NCBI GenBank assembly: GCA_951406725.2
Contig: OX597819.1
Span: 112,034,001-112,098,000 of the forward strand
Source: Octopus vulgaris
Taxonomy: Eukaryota
DNA: 64,000 nt
Direction of reading: 5' to 3'
In this document: positions 1 through 12,182 of the stretch, in pieces
Numbering within the stretch: the stretch's first letter is position 1
How the letters are laid out: each line of letters begins with the position of its first letter
Made by a program: the position numbers and the translations under genes
Notes under the pieces: model-generated
What the model was told of the DNA's origin: nothing
What the model saw: only the letters and a program-made list of their open reading frames with translations
The model's database searches: none

Positions 1-234
1 TTATTGTTTATTTCTCTACTTTCTATTATATATCCTCTGTTACATCCTTTAATGCAGCAGTAACACCCCTTGTTCGATGTTAACCCCAGGTTTTTGTAAT
101 CTTTGTTTGTTGTGGGTTTTTTTTGTGTGCTGTAACTCGTCCTTCGATATTGTCCTCCATATCTTGGGCCCATGTGGCCACTAAAAGAAATCATTATTAT
201 TATTGTTATTGTTATAAATATTATCATTATGTGA

Positions 235-500
235 TGAAAATTCACAGCTTATTTTGCTGGGTATGATGGGAAGTGTCAGCTGTCCACAGCCAGCAGACTA
301 AAGTAACACTTGTTTACTGGTCATGCTTCAAGAATCCTGCGAAGAATTCTTGCAGTTCTAAGCAATGCTGATTTTTGTATGTTTTCTACCTTCACACTTA
401 CACCAATCTTTTTGAGCCATGTTGGTAGTTGGTGCACCAATTACTATTGTATCATTTTTACTCTCCTCCTTCGTATTTCTCACTTCAAATCATGATAGTT
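235..500 (-). mobile_element. 3' end of an R4/Dong-like restriction-endonuclease non-LTR retrotransposon (degenerate)
   Basis: Minus-strand translation across frameshifts: NYHDLK*EIRR..IVIGA..QLPTWLKKIGVSVKVENIQKSALLRTARILRRILEA*. This is the typical RLE C-terminus, followed by a (TAA)-like tail. Confidence 0.7.
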
Positions 501-514
501 GTTTATTTATTTAT

Positions 515-706
515 CATTGTTGTTATTATTATTATTATTGTCATTATTATTGTCATTATTATTATCATTATTATTATTGTCATTATTATTATCATTATTA
601 TTATTGTCATTATTATTATCATTATAATTATCATTATTATTATTATTGTCATTATTGTAAATTATTATTATTATTATTATAATTATCGTTATTATTATTG
701 TCATTA

Positions 707-740
<34 letters not shown>

Positions 741-960
741 CATTATTATTATTGTAATTGTCATAATTATTATCATTATTATCATCATTATTATTATTAT
801 CATTATTATTATTATCATTATTATTATCATTATTATCATTATCATTATTATTATTATCACTATTATTATCATCATTATTATTATTATTATCATCATTATT
901 ATTATCATCATTATTATTATTACAATCAATATTATCATCATCATTATTATTATCATTTAA
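515..960. repeat. Compound (ATT/ATC)n microsatellite, ~450 bp
   Basis: Directly visible; source of the poly-I/Y/H ORFs. Confidence 0.97.
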
Positions 961-1496
961 TTATTACAAAACAACACCAAAAAGTCTAGAGTGACATTTT
1001 AGAACAGAAAATTTTTAATACCTACACAAATGTTGACCCTCAACTAAGCAGTAATAAAACCAACATTAGATATCTACTCACATCCATGGCACTGTGCTGC
1101 TACTAAATACACTAACATCCCTAACCAATAATTCTCAAACTAAATAATACCAGCACACTGTACAATACTGGTCAAAGTTATTTCAAACTTAGTTGTTTTC
1201 AAAACAGGTATAAGGCAGCCAGAAATTTAGGGGGTGTTTGGTCAATTAATTTGATCCAGTACTTTACTGGTATTTAATTTTATCAACCCAGGAAGAATGA
1301 AAGGCAAACTAGGTGGGATTTGAACTCAGAACATAAAGAGCTGGAACAAATACAAGGCACTTGTCAGACACTCTAAGAATTCCTCAGCTTTATTAATGAG
1401 AAGACAGAATACAATTTGCTTTCATATAATTATTCTTTCGCTGTCATGATGTTGGACAAGTTTAAAAAGTTTTAAAAAAAATATCTAAATTACATT

Positions 1497-1680
1497 CATC
1501 ATCATCATCGTTTAACATCCGTTTTCCATGCTAGCATGGGTTGGACGGTTCGACCGGGATCTGGGAAGCCAGGAGGCTGCGCCAGGCTCCAGTCTGATCT
1601 GGCAGTGTTTCTACAGCTGGATGCCCTTCCTAACGCCAACCACTCCGTGAGTGTAGTGGGTGCTTTTTACATACCACCAA
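1497..1680 (-). mobile_element. 3'-terminal fragment of RTE-type LINE or RTE-tailed SINE with (GAT)n tail; related copies near 28230-28445, 36970-37100, 45259-45400, 48900-49130
   Basis: Reverse complement matches 20075-20240 (GAGTGGTTGGCGTTAGGAAGGGCATCCAGCTGTAG...CCCATGCTAGC..GGAAAACGGA..TTAAACGATGATG). Confidence 0.8.
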
Positions 1681-2479
1681 ATGATAATTTGTCTGTCCCC
1701 TGTTCAATCCTCGCAGCATTGACTTCATGAGAAAAACTGTCCTCGGCCACATTGAAAATTAAGCCATTCTAATAATTAGCTAAAATTCATGCACCAACAC
1801 ACTACAGCCATTAAACAAACAGATAATCTGCATCTTCTATCTACTCTACTACACCTACAACAGATTCTGTTACTTCTGATCTTTAGCACCCAGATCTGCT
1901 CACTCCTACCCAGCTATCTTCCTCCTCCTCCGCCTGTTATCACTTCTTTAATTTGTCTCACCATCCAGGCTTCACATTAAACATTTCCTCTCCAGAATAA
2001 TAATCTCCCAGGATTTCTTCTCTATCAAATGTTATTTCGATGGACGCTGGCCAACAGGTGTCCAAACTGGACATTAGCTTTATTAATCCCACTAGCCTTG
2101 GAGGAGTCACAAATGCCATGGGCTCTGCTCCTAATATTTTGAGTAAGTTTATTTGAAAACAGACATATAAAGAGATAAATGCATAAATGGGTTGAAACGT
2201 ATATAAATAGTTAGATTATACACACACACACACATTCAGAGAGAGAGAAAGAGATAATATATAAGTAGAAAGATAAATAGATATACAGATAGCTATATAT
2301 ATATACACACACACAAACTCACACACACTCACAAACACACACATGTATGTATGTTTTTACGCATACATATACAGAGAGAAACTGAAATACATATGTGGCA
2401 GAGACAGAGTAAATAGCGAAGCTAATCAAGGACAGATAGCTTAGATGAGAGATGCAGTTTGTGTTTGTGCCAGCATGTG

Positions 2480-3740
2480 AAACCATTGATCCCCTATTCT
2501 TAATAAAGCAAGAAGTTCTAAGCCAAGAACAATTAGATCTAACATTCGTTGACATGGAAAAAGCCTTTGATAGGGTAGCATACTCTGTAGTCTGTTGGTC
2601 GCTCAGAAACTACTGGTGGATGAATGGCTAGTGAGAGCTATGCAAGCCATGGACCACAAATGAGAATTATCAATGAGTTCAGTGAAAAATTTAGCATGTA
2701 TGTAGATGTCCATTGGGGGTTCAGTTCTTAGCTCCTTCTTGTTTATTGTAGCTATCCAGTTCATAATAAAGGAGCTCAAGAATAGCTCTCCATGAGTGGT
2801 GGCTCTTGTCTGTTGATAACCTAATTCTTCTCATAGCCAAATCAGTTGGAGAACTAGGGGTAAAGTTCTAAACATGGAAAGAGGGCTTAGGATCAACAGA
2901 CCGACAGATCAAGTTGGCAAAGACGAAAGCCTTGGCATCATAGAAAACAAAACACTACTACCATCTGGGGACTGGCAACGTTTGACATGCAGAAAAATAG
3001 AAGGTAGCAACTGTGCATTATATGCAAACAATGGTTCAAAAAGGTGCAATGAGATCGCAGGCAAGTGAACAAAGGAAAAGGGTTTCATGTGCAACTGATA
3101 TGCAGGAACAGTTAGCAGTAAGAGCCTTTAAATAATGAAGTCTCTTGATTGCTCAGAAGATTCATTAGAACTATGAGATAGTTTCTGTTTCTTTTTTATA
3201 TTTTTTTCTAGGTGATCTAATCAGCAGCAAAGCATGGTGGCCAGAGTAAGAATGGAATGGAAAAAATTCAGGAAGTTGTTATTACCTGTATTTGCAACAA
3301 GGGCTGTCTTCTCATTCGTAGGGAAGGGTTTATTGTATGCTACGAGTTTATGAGGTTTGATATTGCATGGTAGTAAGATATGAGCACTAAATGTGGAAAA
3401 CTACAAAGGCTTGAAAGAAGAAATATTGCAAGCATGCTCCACTGGATAAGAAAATATCAGTGTGCATCTACAACGGAGGGCAAGTGTTCTGAGAGATAAA
3501 ACTAGGCATTAGAGATAACAGCCATAGTGTAAACGCTGGAAGATTGTGATGGTATGGACATGTGATGTGTATGAATAATGACTGTGTTGGTGAAAAAAGC
3601 ATGTGGGAGAGGAAAAACGAAAAGATGGGAAGTAATGATGAGATGTGATCTTAGGATATTGGACCTCACAAGAGAGGTTGAGGGGACACTGTGCTAAAAC
3701 AGACAGGTCCAACACAAGGCAGCATGGAAAAAGGGGACCT
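2480..3740 (+). mobile_element. Degenerate RTE-clade LINE, reverse transcriptase region
   Basis: LTFVDMEKAFDRVAYSVVCWSLR..VDEWLVRAMQAM and GSVLS-like motifs; many stops and frameshifts. Confidence 0.8.
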
Positions 3741-4399
3741 AAAAATCATGATGGAGATAATGATGGTGATGATGATAAATAGATATAAATATATTCATAT
3801 ATATATATATATATATAAAAAAAAAAGTAATATCTTTATATATTTATATATACATATACATAAACATTTTTACATATATATATATAGATATAGGTATAAA
3901 AATATAAATATAGGACTAAAATAATTTCTGCAAAAATCAAAGCCGCTAAGGAAAAAGAAATCGCAAAAGAAAAAATAATTATATGAATCATTTTCTAAAG
4001 CCTAGATTAGTTAGGTTAGTAGTGAATGATTAAATAATTGGCTAAAATTAATTGAAGCGCATCTCAGTGAGTAAATTAATAACAAATAAGTGAAATAGGT
4101 GTATAAAATATATGCAAGTAAAAAAGAAAACCAAAAAGAAATCAATTATATATGTGCGTATATAAAAACTGTGTTGTAATATTTGATAACTACTAATTTA
4201 AGTCCCTTAATTTGCCCAAGATTTTTGATGAAATTATTTAACAATTAATTAATTACTTATAGTAAAGTAACGAAATGGTTTGTAATGGTATAGTTCATAA
4301 GAAAAAGAGAAGAAATTTTCCGGGAAATTCTTTTTTATTTTTCCATCTTTTAGTCAAAAGAAGGGTCAGGTGTTTAAGCCTTTAAAAAGCTTCTTTACA

Positions 4400-4850
4400 T
4401 TCCCTGCTCATATAAGAGATGTGCTCAGGAAAAGCCTGAAGTCAAGTATTTTACTAAGAGACTTCAATGCTAGAGTTGGAGCAGATAAGTAAACATGGAG
4501 CTCCCCCAGGTATTTTGGTGTAGCAAAGTTGAATAACACTAGTCCCATGTTCCTAGAATACTGTGAAAAATATAGTCTGTATGTAGTCAGCACTCACTTC
4601 ATCTACAAAGACGACCCTGCAATGATATGACTGCATCCAGGGTCTAAGGTTAGGTACTAAACAGATCATGTTATCATTCCCAAGTGAGACATCTGTGATA
4701 TCTGTAATACCAAGTCCTTTCATGGATCTGAGTGTTGAATGAACCATCATATAATGCAAACAGATTTCTGGATAGTAATTAGAGTGAAAGAAATGAGAAG
4801 GCCAATTAAGATTTGTGAAAAGGAAAGAGTTATCCTTGAAGTGGAAACCT
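4400..4850 (+). mobile_element. Degenerate RTE-type AP-endonuclease fragment
   Basis: ILLRDFNARVG...FGVAKLN...FLEYCEKYSL...LHPGSK...TDHVI (GDFNARVG and IDH motifs). Confidence 0.75.
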
Positions 4851-7149
4851 GGTCCATGCACTTGCAATAGAGTTCTGCAAAAGGTACCCCAAAAACCCAA
4901 AGGTCAAGTAGTGCTTAACTAGGTGACAGATTGAGTACCACCCGTAAATGTCAGGTAACTTTGTTCCGTGAAATAAACTGAAGCCATGAGTTAACAAAGG
5001 GAGTATTTATGTGATTGATTAACCTACATACTATCATCTTCAAAATATGTTAAGTAAAATAAAATAAAATAAAATAAAATAGACACTATGGGGATAAGGT
5101 AATCCTAGATACATTATGCCCAACAATAAATGAAAAATAAGAAGCTGAGATGGTCATAACTGAACACCTTTGACCATAAGTCTGTTCAGTCAGAGCTGAC
5201 TTGGGGCTGGACAACAACAGCAATCACAAGGAGAAGATGAGATTTGTGTGACACAATAAAGAGTGTGATTGAAACAGGCTCATACATAGGGCTCCACTCA
5301 AGGGAGTTTGAGCTGAGGGCCATATGAATAATATGCCAGGACATCATTGTATTGCTGTCTTTAAAGGTAAAACAGTAAAGTGGTAAGAGTCCTATTTTAT
5401 CCCATTTCCTGTACAGAAAATAACTGTATGATTATCAGACTCACAGACTGAGTAACATGGAATTCCTGAGACAATTTTACACTAAACAATATAAGTATTT
5501 ATTTAAACAGTTTTTTCTTTCATTATTCTACTGGTTACTGCCATTAGAATGTGACCATGTTGGGGCACTACCTTCTAGAGTATAGTAAATTGCACTCCCA
5601 CCCCTTTAAGATAGAAACTTTTGAAGGATGAAAGTAAACCCATGCTGGGGCACCATCTTCAATCACATGCTTCCCTCCCTCTAATCCCCATTTTATTAAC
5701 CTCAGAAGGATGTGAGGTAGTGCAGACTTGCATATATAAAGGTTCTTTGCAATGGTATCAAATCTCAACCATTCTGAATTAAAGTAACAAACAATGAAAA
5801 TAAGTTCTAAAAACATAAGAAAGAATAATTTTGATTTCCTATTAATCAATTAAAGAATTTTGGCAATATTAATAGTTTCAGAGATGTGGGAGGTTCTAGG
5901 GCTTTGAAGAGTTTTTATATACGACAGAATATATAATAATGGATTAGTCAAATTAAAGCAAAACAAAAAAAAAAATAATAGTTTAAGACTTATTTTCTCC
6001 CTACACTGACCTTTTAAATAATGCTTTGACCACTGTAACTCTCACCATGTATGTATGTATGTGTGTGTGTATGTATGTGTGTGTGTATGTGTGTGTGTGT
6101 GTATGTGTGCATGTGTGTGTGTGTGTATGTGTGTTTTGGATATGACTCCAAATTGCATCTGATAGTAGAGCCCAGAATTGTTCTCAGGTCTACTCTAAAC
6201 TGGAGCTGTAGCACCTCCCAGGGTCCCAACTATGGTTTGATTAACATGCCATCAAAAGTGAAATACTTCTACCCCACCAAGCAGTTGTCCTAGAATCCTT
6301 CTGAGAGAGGGACACTCTGACACAAAACATGCTGTCTCCCATGATTACTGGTCATCTGACTTTGGTCTGTCACCAGATACTAATCACAGAAACTCAGACA
6401 GTGTTAAATGTGTTGTACAAGTGTTTATCCCTACAATCTAACAACATAAAAATGTTTCTCTATGGTAACCTCATTTGCCATTCCATCTACTGAAAGTCCC
6501 ATGGGATGGACGTGTGGTGAAGCATGCCGACTTAACCAATTGAAAGGACACAATAAGTTACAACTTTTGTCTGTCCCCCTAGGCTTGAAACTATGCAGAT
6601 CTGCAGCAAGACTGAATATTTATCTGAGAGGTCGTGGATGGAAAGTTAGAAATACCATTGACAACAAGCACAAAGAAATGACAATCCTCTGTGAAGATGG
6701 AATAATCACTGAGTGTGTGTGTGTATGTGTGTGTGGAATTCTCACAAATTTCTGTGACGATGGAGAGCAGTGGGACACACAGGCTTGATTAACAGGAAGT
6801 GTACAATTAGAAACATGTGACGTCAGCTTGGGATATTGCTTGCTTCTTTTCCAAAAAATGGCAATGGATGGATTCAGCAGCAGCAGCTCGACTGACCAAG
6901 CAGGCCTTTCCAAGGACTAGTACTGCTTACCAAATAATTAGGAAGAACTCAAAAAAGGGTTATCGAAACAAAGCATGCCTAATTCCAGAAGTGGTCAGCA
7001 ATCCTGTGCTTAGCAGTTATTTTCTTCCATGGTAACACTCAAGAAACTTACAAGTCTCCAAGAAGTGCTCCGACTTTGACACAAGTTGACATCTACCATA
7101 TATGGGTGTCTCTGTAAGCTATTGGTAATGCAATCCAGTACAGTGAATG

Positions 7150-7430
7150 TAAGTTGCTTAGTGGTGAGGGTGTTGCACTCGCAACCATAAGATTGCACTT
7201 TTGATTCCTAGACCAAGCAGTGCATTGTGTTCTTAAACAAAACACTTCACTTCATATTTGTTTCACCCCACACAGTTGTAGATGAGTTCCAATTTCAGGA
7301 AGTTCACCCTGCAATGAACCTGTGTCCCATTCAGAGGGGTGGGTGTTGTAATCTCAGTCACTTATGTGCTATGGAAAAGTGCTAAGCTCAAGCGTGATGG
7401 GTCCTAGGGCATATAACAAACCTAAGTCAT
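7150..7430 (+). mobile_element. Old tRNA-derived SINE (family D); related copies ~13925-14230, 28050-28220, 38465-38670, 52850-52990(-)
   Basis: A-box-like GCTTAGTGG, B-box-like TTGATTCC, and a shared GTGTTCTTRARCAAAACACTTCA body. Confidence 0.6.
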
Positions 7431-8099
7431 AATCCAGTACATCCTGCTGTAGAGTTGGATTGCTGGTGATCCATGGCCCCACCCAACAACTGTGAGGAGG
7501 GTTGCTAGTAACCCTGCAGGACAAATATAATAAAAGACCAAAGGAATCCAGTGTAGATTCAACAACTATCTAGTAATAGCATGATAATTTGGAAATTCCA
7601 GGTTAGTGAGGTAGGTGCCATGAGACCACTAGGAATGAGGCATACCTTTAGGTTTTATTAAAGTTTGTCTCTTAGAGCAAGTTACTTTGATATGAAACCT
7701 GTTGTCCAAAGCATGATCTTAATCATTTTGGGTATCTTTAATGCCAGTTCAAGGAACTGACATTACTGTACTCCTGAACTTGTGACTTTTACTGTCCTGA
7801 TCTGTCTTGTGAAAAGGGTGGAGAGAGTTTGTGAGGTGTTGTGCAAGCCAGGTTGGACTTAAAACTTTGCATAGGCCTTGATTGCATCCTTCTTTCTTTT
7901 TGTTTCCTATCCCACTTCTTTTCTTATAAAACCCTGTGATGAGAAACTGGCAGAGCATGCAGATCTGATGGGGAGGAAAATATAGTCACTGAGCTATTTG
8001 CCTAAGGTCTATAAATCTATGAAAGACACAAAGTCATCTGCTTGTCATTCAAGACAGCAATGAAGCTTGCATGGTCATCTCAGCAATTCCATTTACTGA

Positions 8100-9780
8100 G
8101 AACTCTGCTCACTCAGGGACCAGAGAGGCTCCAGGGAAAGGCAAACCAAAAACTTTCATTTTCTGTCAGGTCAGTTCGGTGCAGCTGATGGATAACCACT
8201 TTGCACTTGAAAAGCAAAGAAAAATCCTACAACATCTGGTTGGAACGTGAGTTTTTCATATTGGAATGTTTGTACACAACAGGATAATGTTTGCAAACAG
8301 ATTTGAAAGACTCATAGCATTTGTTGCACAAAACCTGAGCCAATATAACAAAGACACAGCCATTTCTTCAGTGACTATACTTGAAAGTGATGGTCAAACT
8401 TAATGAGATTGAAAGGAGAAATTTAAAGTAGAGTGGAGGGAAGCTAGTTCCGGTTTTGCAGTCTTTTCTGTAATGCTTAAAAAACTAGGGGAGCTTCTTG
8501 TACCTATAAATAATTCATTGATGACTCTCTGCAAATACACCTGAAAGGTGGGTGATATACTATTCTAACAGGTATCTGTACCTTACTCTAACCAGTCCTG
8601 ATGAAGGCAAAAACACATTCTATGACTAGATAAGAGTTCTTCTCAGAAACATCCTTGAATTGGACAAAATCATTTTACAAGAGGACTTCAATATCAGGAT
8701 TGAAAGAGAATGGCAAATGTAGAACTCATCCAGGTATATATTGTGGCAAAGTTTTAGTATCATCAGTCACATGTTCCAAGAACTTTTTGAAGAATATGGT
8801 CTGTATATTGCCAGCACTCACTTTAGCCACAAAGGTTAACATGCAACAACGTAGATAATTATTCACGAGCATGATACAACCATGATAACTGTTATGTCAA
8901 GTCTTATCATGGCTCAGAATGTTGGACAGTCCACTTATTCAAGCAATGCTTAAATTTATTTTTGATCTATAAGCTTGTCTTAAGAGATGTTAATTTTTTT
9001 TACTATTACTATCATCTGTAGCAGCTTCAATGTCACAAGCAAGACCTTCCCAGCAAGTGTTCTGCATGAGTGATCACCAAGGTTGAGGTCTTGCTATGAA
9101 CAAGTGCTAAATTCTGCCATTTATTCTACACTAGAATAAAACTGTGAACACTGTGCTTTGCAAGCAAGAGTCTCTGAACCTAAACATCTTTTCATTAAAC
9201 CCGTTTCTGTGACTGGTTGTAATATGTCTCAATACTTCAGCAGCACCTTGGAAACTCTGGTCTTCAAATAATTCTTTCTATATTGCCCGTCTTCCATTCG
9301 GATGGATGATTCTCAAGATCTTTCCTCAGAGCAGAATCACATCTTGCAGACATTAATGTTTAAAAGAAGCTTCACAAGTCCTCATCATTTTTTCACTCTA
9401 ATTGCCATCTGGAATTTTGCTAGCACACTCAGCTGTTCTGGCTTCTCAATTGGTGGAACAGCTCTATGGCTTCCGAGGGAAAGTGATTTCTCTTGGGCTC
9501 TTGAAGCTCATGCTTGTTCCCAACCTGGCATGGTCCCATCAGGCAGTCATAAGATTAACAGAAGTTGCTGTGTATTGTAATCGGGTGCAGACTTCTCTTC
9601 CTGACTCGTTTGAACCATGGGTCCTTTACAAGTATAACGTAAAGGTCTTTGAGTGCTTTTATCAAAGATGTTTAAGACATTCTGAATGGGAGTTGGTCCT
9701 CAGGAATTACAGTCAGAGATTTTGCAGAGAGCCAAAGTCTTGAACACTGAATCAACATCAGTTACAATGAACCAGACATG
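8100..9780 (+). mobile_element. Degenerate RTE/BovB-like LINE with an internally inverted segment (~8950-9540)
   Basis: Plus strand: TLTSPDEGKNTFYD, GDFN-like and ECWT.H endonuclease motifs, then EPWVLYKYNVKVFECFYQRCLRHI (RT C-terminus). The linker AAEVLRHITTSHRNGFNEK reads on the minus strand. Confidence 0.65.
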
Positions 9781-11006
9781 TTATATAAATGAATGATCAG
9801 AGAAAACCAAAACAGGTGCTGTGTGAGGAGCTTGTATAATGCAGGTGCTCCCATTACAAACAAGGGCTGCAGACTGAGGATTGTGTGAAATCCTCTTTAA
9901 AAGAATTAAAATTAGTGGTGGTGGAGGTAGGGAGGCCAATTGAGAAATAAATGAATTTTAGATTAGTTAAAATAGGTTTGTGAAATATTTTAACTTTTGA
10001 AGACAGTTACCATGGAGAAAAAAATTCTCACTCATGGTAAAAGATGCAAAAACACCATATCTGCCCAGTACTTCCACCTATAGGATTCTCATATATATAT
10101 TTCTGGCTCTTTAACCTTCCTCAATGGGAAATATGGAAGAGAGATAACCCTGAGAAGATCCAAAGCAGTAGCTTTAACTAAAAAGAACAGTCAACATCAG
10201 TGACTGACTTGCACAAGTGAATGACTGCTTGGTTGCGATAACTATAACAGCATCAGCAACAAAGCAGTGATTAACAATAGACAAGCTTTAGGTTAGTTCA
10301 AATATGCTTGTGACATGTTTGGGAAATAAAATGTTTTTGATCATCTCTAGTGAAGAGGACAAGTAAAGGATAGCATGGCTGTTTTTGCTGATGTATGTAC
10401 TCACCACTCGGAACTTAAATAAACTACACAAAAACATATAAGCTACATAAATACATTAGTCTGCAATATTTGCAATCATGTATATGTTTTCCCAAGACTG
10501 GATTCACTAGTCATCAGGTCAAACAGAAGTTGTAACAATATATTCATAATAAAAGATTGTGCAACTTTCTGTACATATGGAAGGGCTGATAAATCTATTG
10601 CTGGCTTTAAAAGACACAGTATTTTACATTGGAATAAATTTCTGCATACAGATGTATACATTTGTACTGTGTTAGTTTTTTTTCTTGAATAAGATCTGCC
10701 AACAAGACATAGGAATCCAGCAGGCTTAAAACTTAAATAACCCCTGCTGAAATAATGATTCTTCTAATAGTCAATGATGACCTTCCTCAGACATGAGTGG
10801 GTGGGCATCATATATGTATATGTATGTGTGTCAGTACGTGCATCCATATGTAAATATATATTTAATATTTATTTGTATTTTATATTTATATAATTGCTTT
10901 ACAGAATGTACACGACTTCAAATATCCCCTGCATCCTTGCCTGCTAAGTGGTGTGCTGGTATTATAAATGGAATAATTTGGGCATTTGCTTTAAGAACTT
11001 CCAATA

Positions 11007-11065
<59 letters not shown>

Positions 11066-11404
11066 GTATGTAATTATATATGCATGTACATATAACACTA
11101 GTGAAGTTTTAACTCTCTGATATATTATATATTAATTTGTTAGTAGTCTCTTTCATTTTTATTGAGAATTATGTGCAATGGCGGAGGAGGGGAATATTTC
11201 AATAATAAAAAACAAAAAGAAATATTTAAAGCAAAAAAAAAATTGAAACAAAAATATATTATAAAAAAAGACAAAATTAAGGGTATTTAGTCAAATAAAA
11301 TATAAATAAGTAATCAATCAATTAATTAGTGAGTTAGTTAATTAATTAATTAATTAGATGAAATAAAATTTTAAAATAATGCTTTCTCAGGAATCTAACC
11401 ATAC

Positions 11405-11603
11405 CCGGTAGGGTGAAGAAGAAGAAGTATTGTTGATGGTAGTAGTGGTTGTGTTGGTGGTGGTGGTAGTAGTAGTAGTGGTGGTATCTGTGGCCAGTGG
11501 CGATGGTACAGGCTCATACCGGCTGTGAACTGGAGCCACCAACAGGGGGCTTGCATTGCCTGTAATGGAAGTGGTACTGAGAGACTTTTTGTAACGCCGC
11601 CAC
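11405..11603 (-). CDS. Coding exon (199 nt), probably of the same gene: (R)WRRYKKSLSTTSITGNASPLLVAPVHSRYEPVPSPLATD-polyT-INNTSSSSPYR
   Basis: Acceptor TTTGGTTTTCCAG|G and donor CGG|GTATGG. GC-rich island in AT-rich DNA. Open frame in phase 2, matching the phase-2 donor of the large exon. Confidence 0.75.
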
Positions 11604-11786
11604 CTGGAAAACCAAATAATTACAAGAGATAGATTGAGGGGGATACTTTAATAAACATACACATACACACACACCATATTCTTGCCCACCTCAATTCTTC
11701 TCAAGTTCAAATCATTTTTATACATATTTTTAATATTTTGGAGCTGTTTTACATGAATGAATCTTTTACACATGGTTCTATATCCG

Positions 11787-11818
<32 letters not shown>

Positions 11819-12148
11819 CTAATATTTCTACCTGTATAAAGGTACAAGTATCCCTAGTGATACAGCTAAGATATCTGAAAATCAAAGTGTTTCTCAACAA
11901 GTTTGAAAGTAGAATGTGTTATTTTATATTTTGAATATTGCTTACAACTTGCAAGACACTTAATCTTCGACATAGAACAGCTTCTATAATCATTCCTAAA
12001 TTCTGAGGATTCTAGAACCAGCTACTCTGCCTGGTAATGAAACCTCTTACAAACTGTAAGTAAGCTTTAAAATAAAAAAAAATCTATCTATCTATCTACC
12101 TACCTACCTACCTATCTATCTATCAACCTTCCACTGTATTTATATATA

Positions 12149-12182
<34 letters not shown>

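Noticed and set aside
419-989. Long poly-Ile/Tyr/His ORFs (similar ones at 18844, 23783, 30943, 47613-48363)
   Set aside because: Translations of microsatellites; no splice or compositional support.
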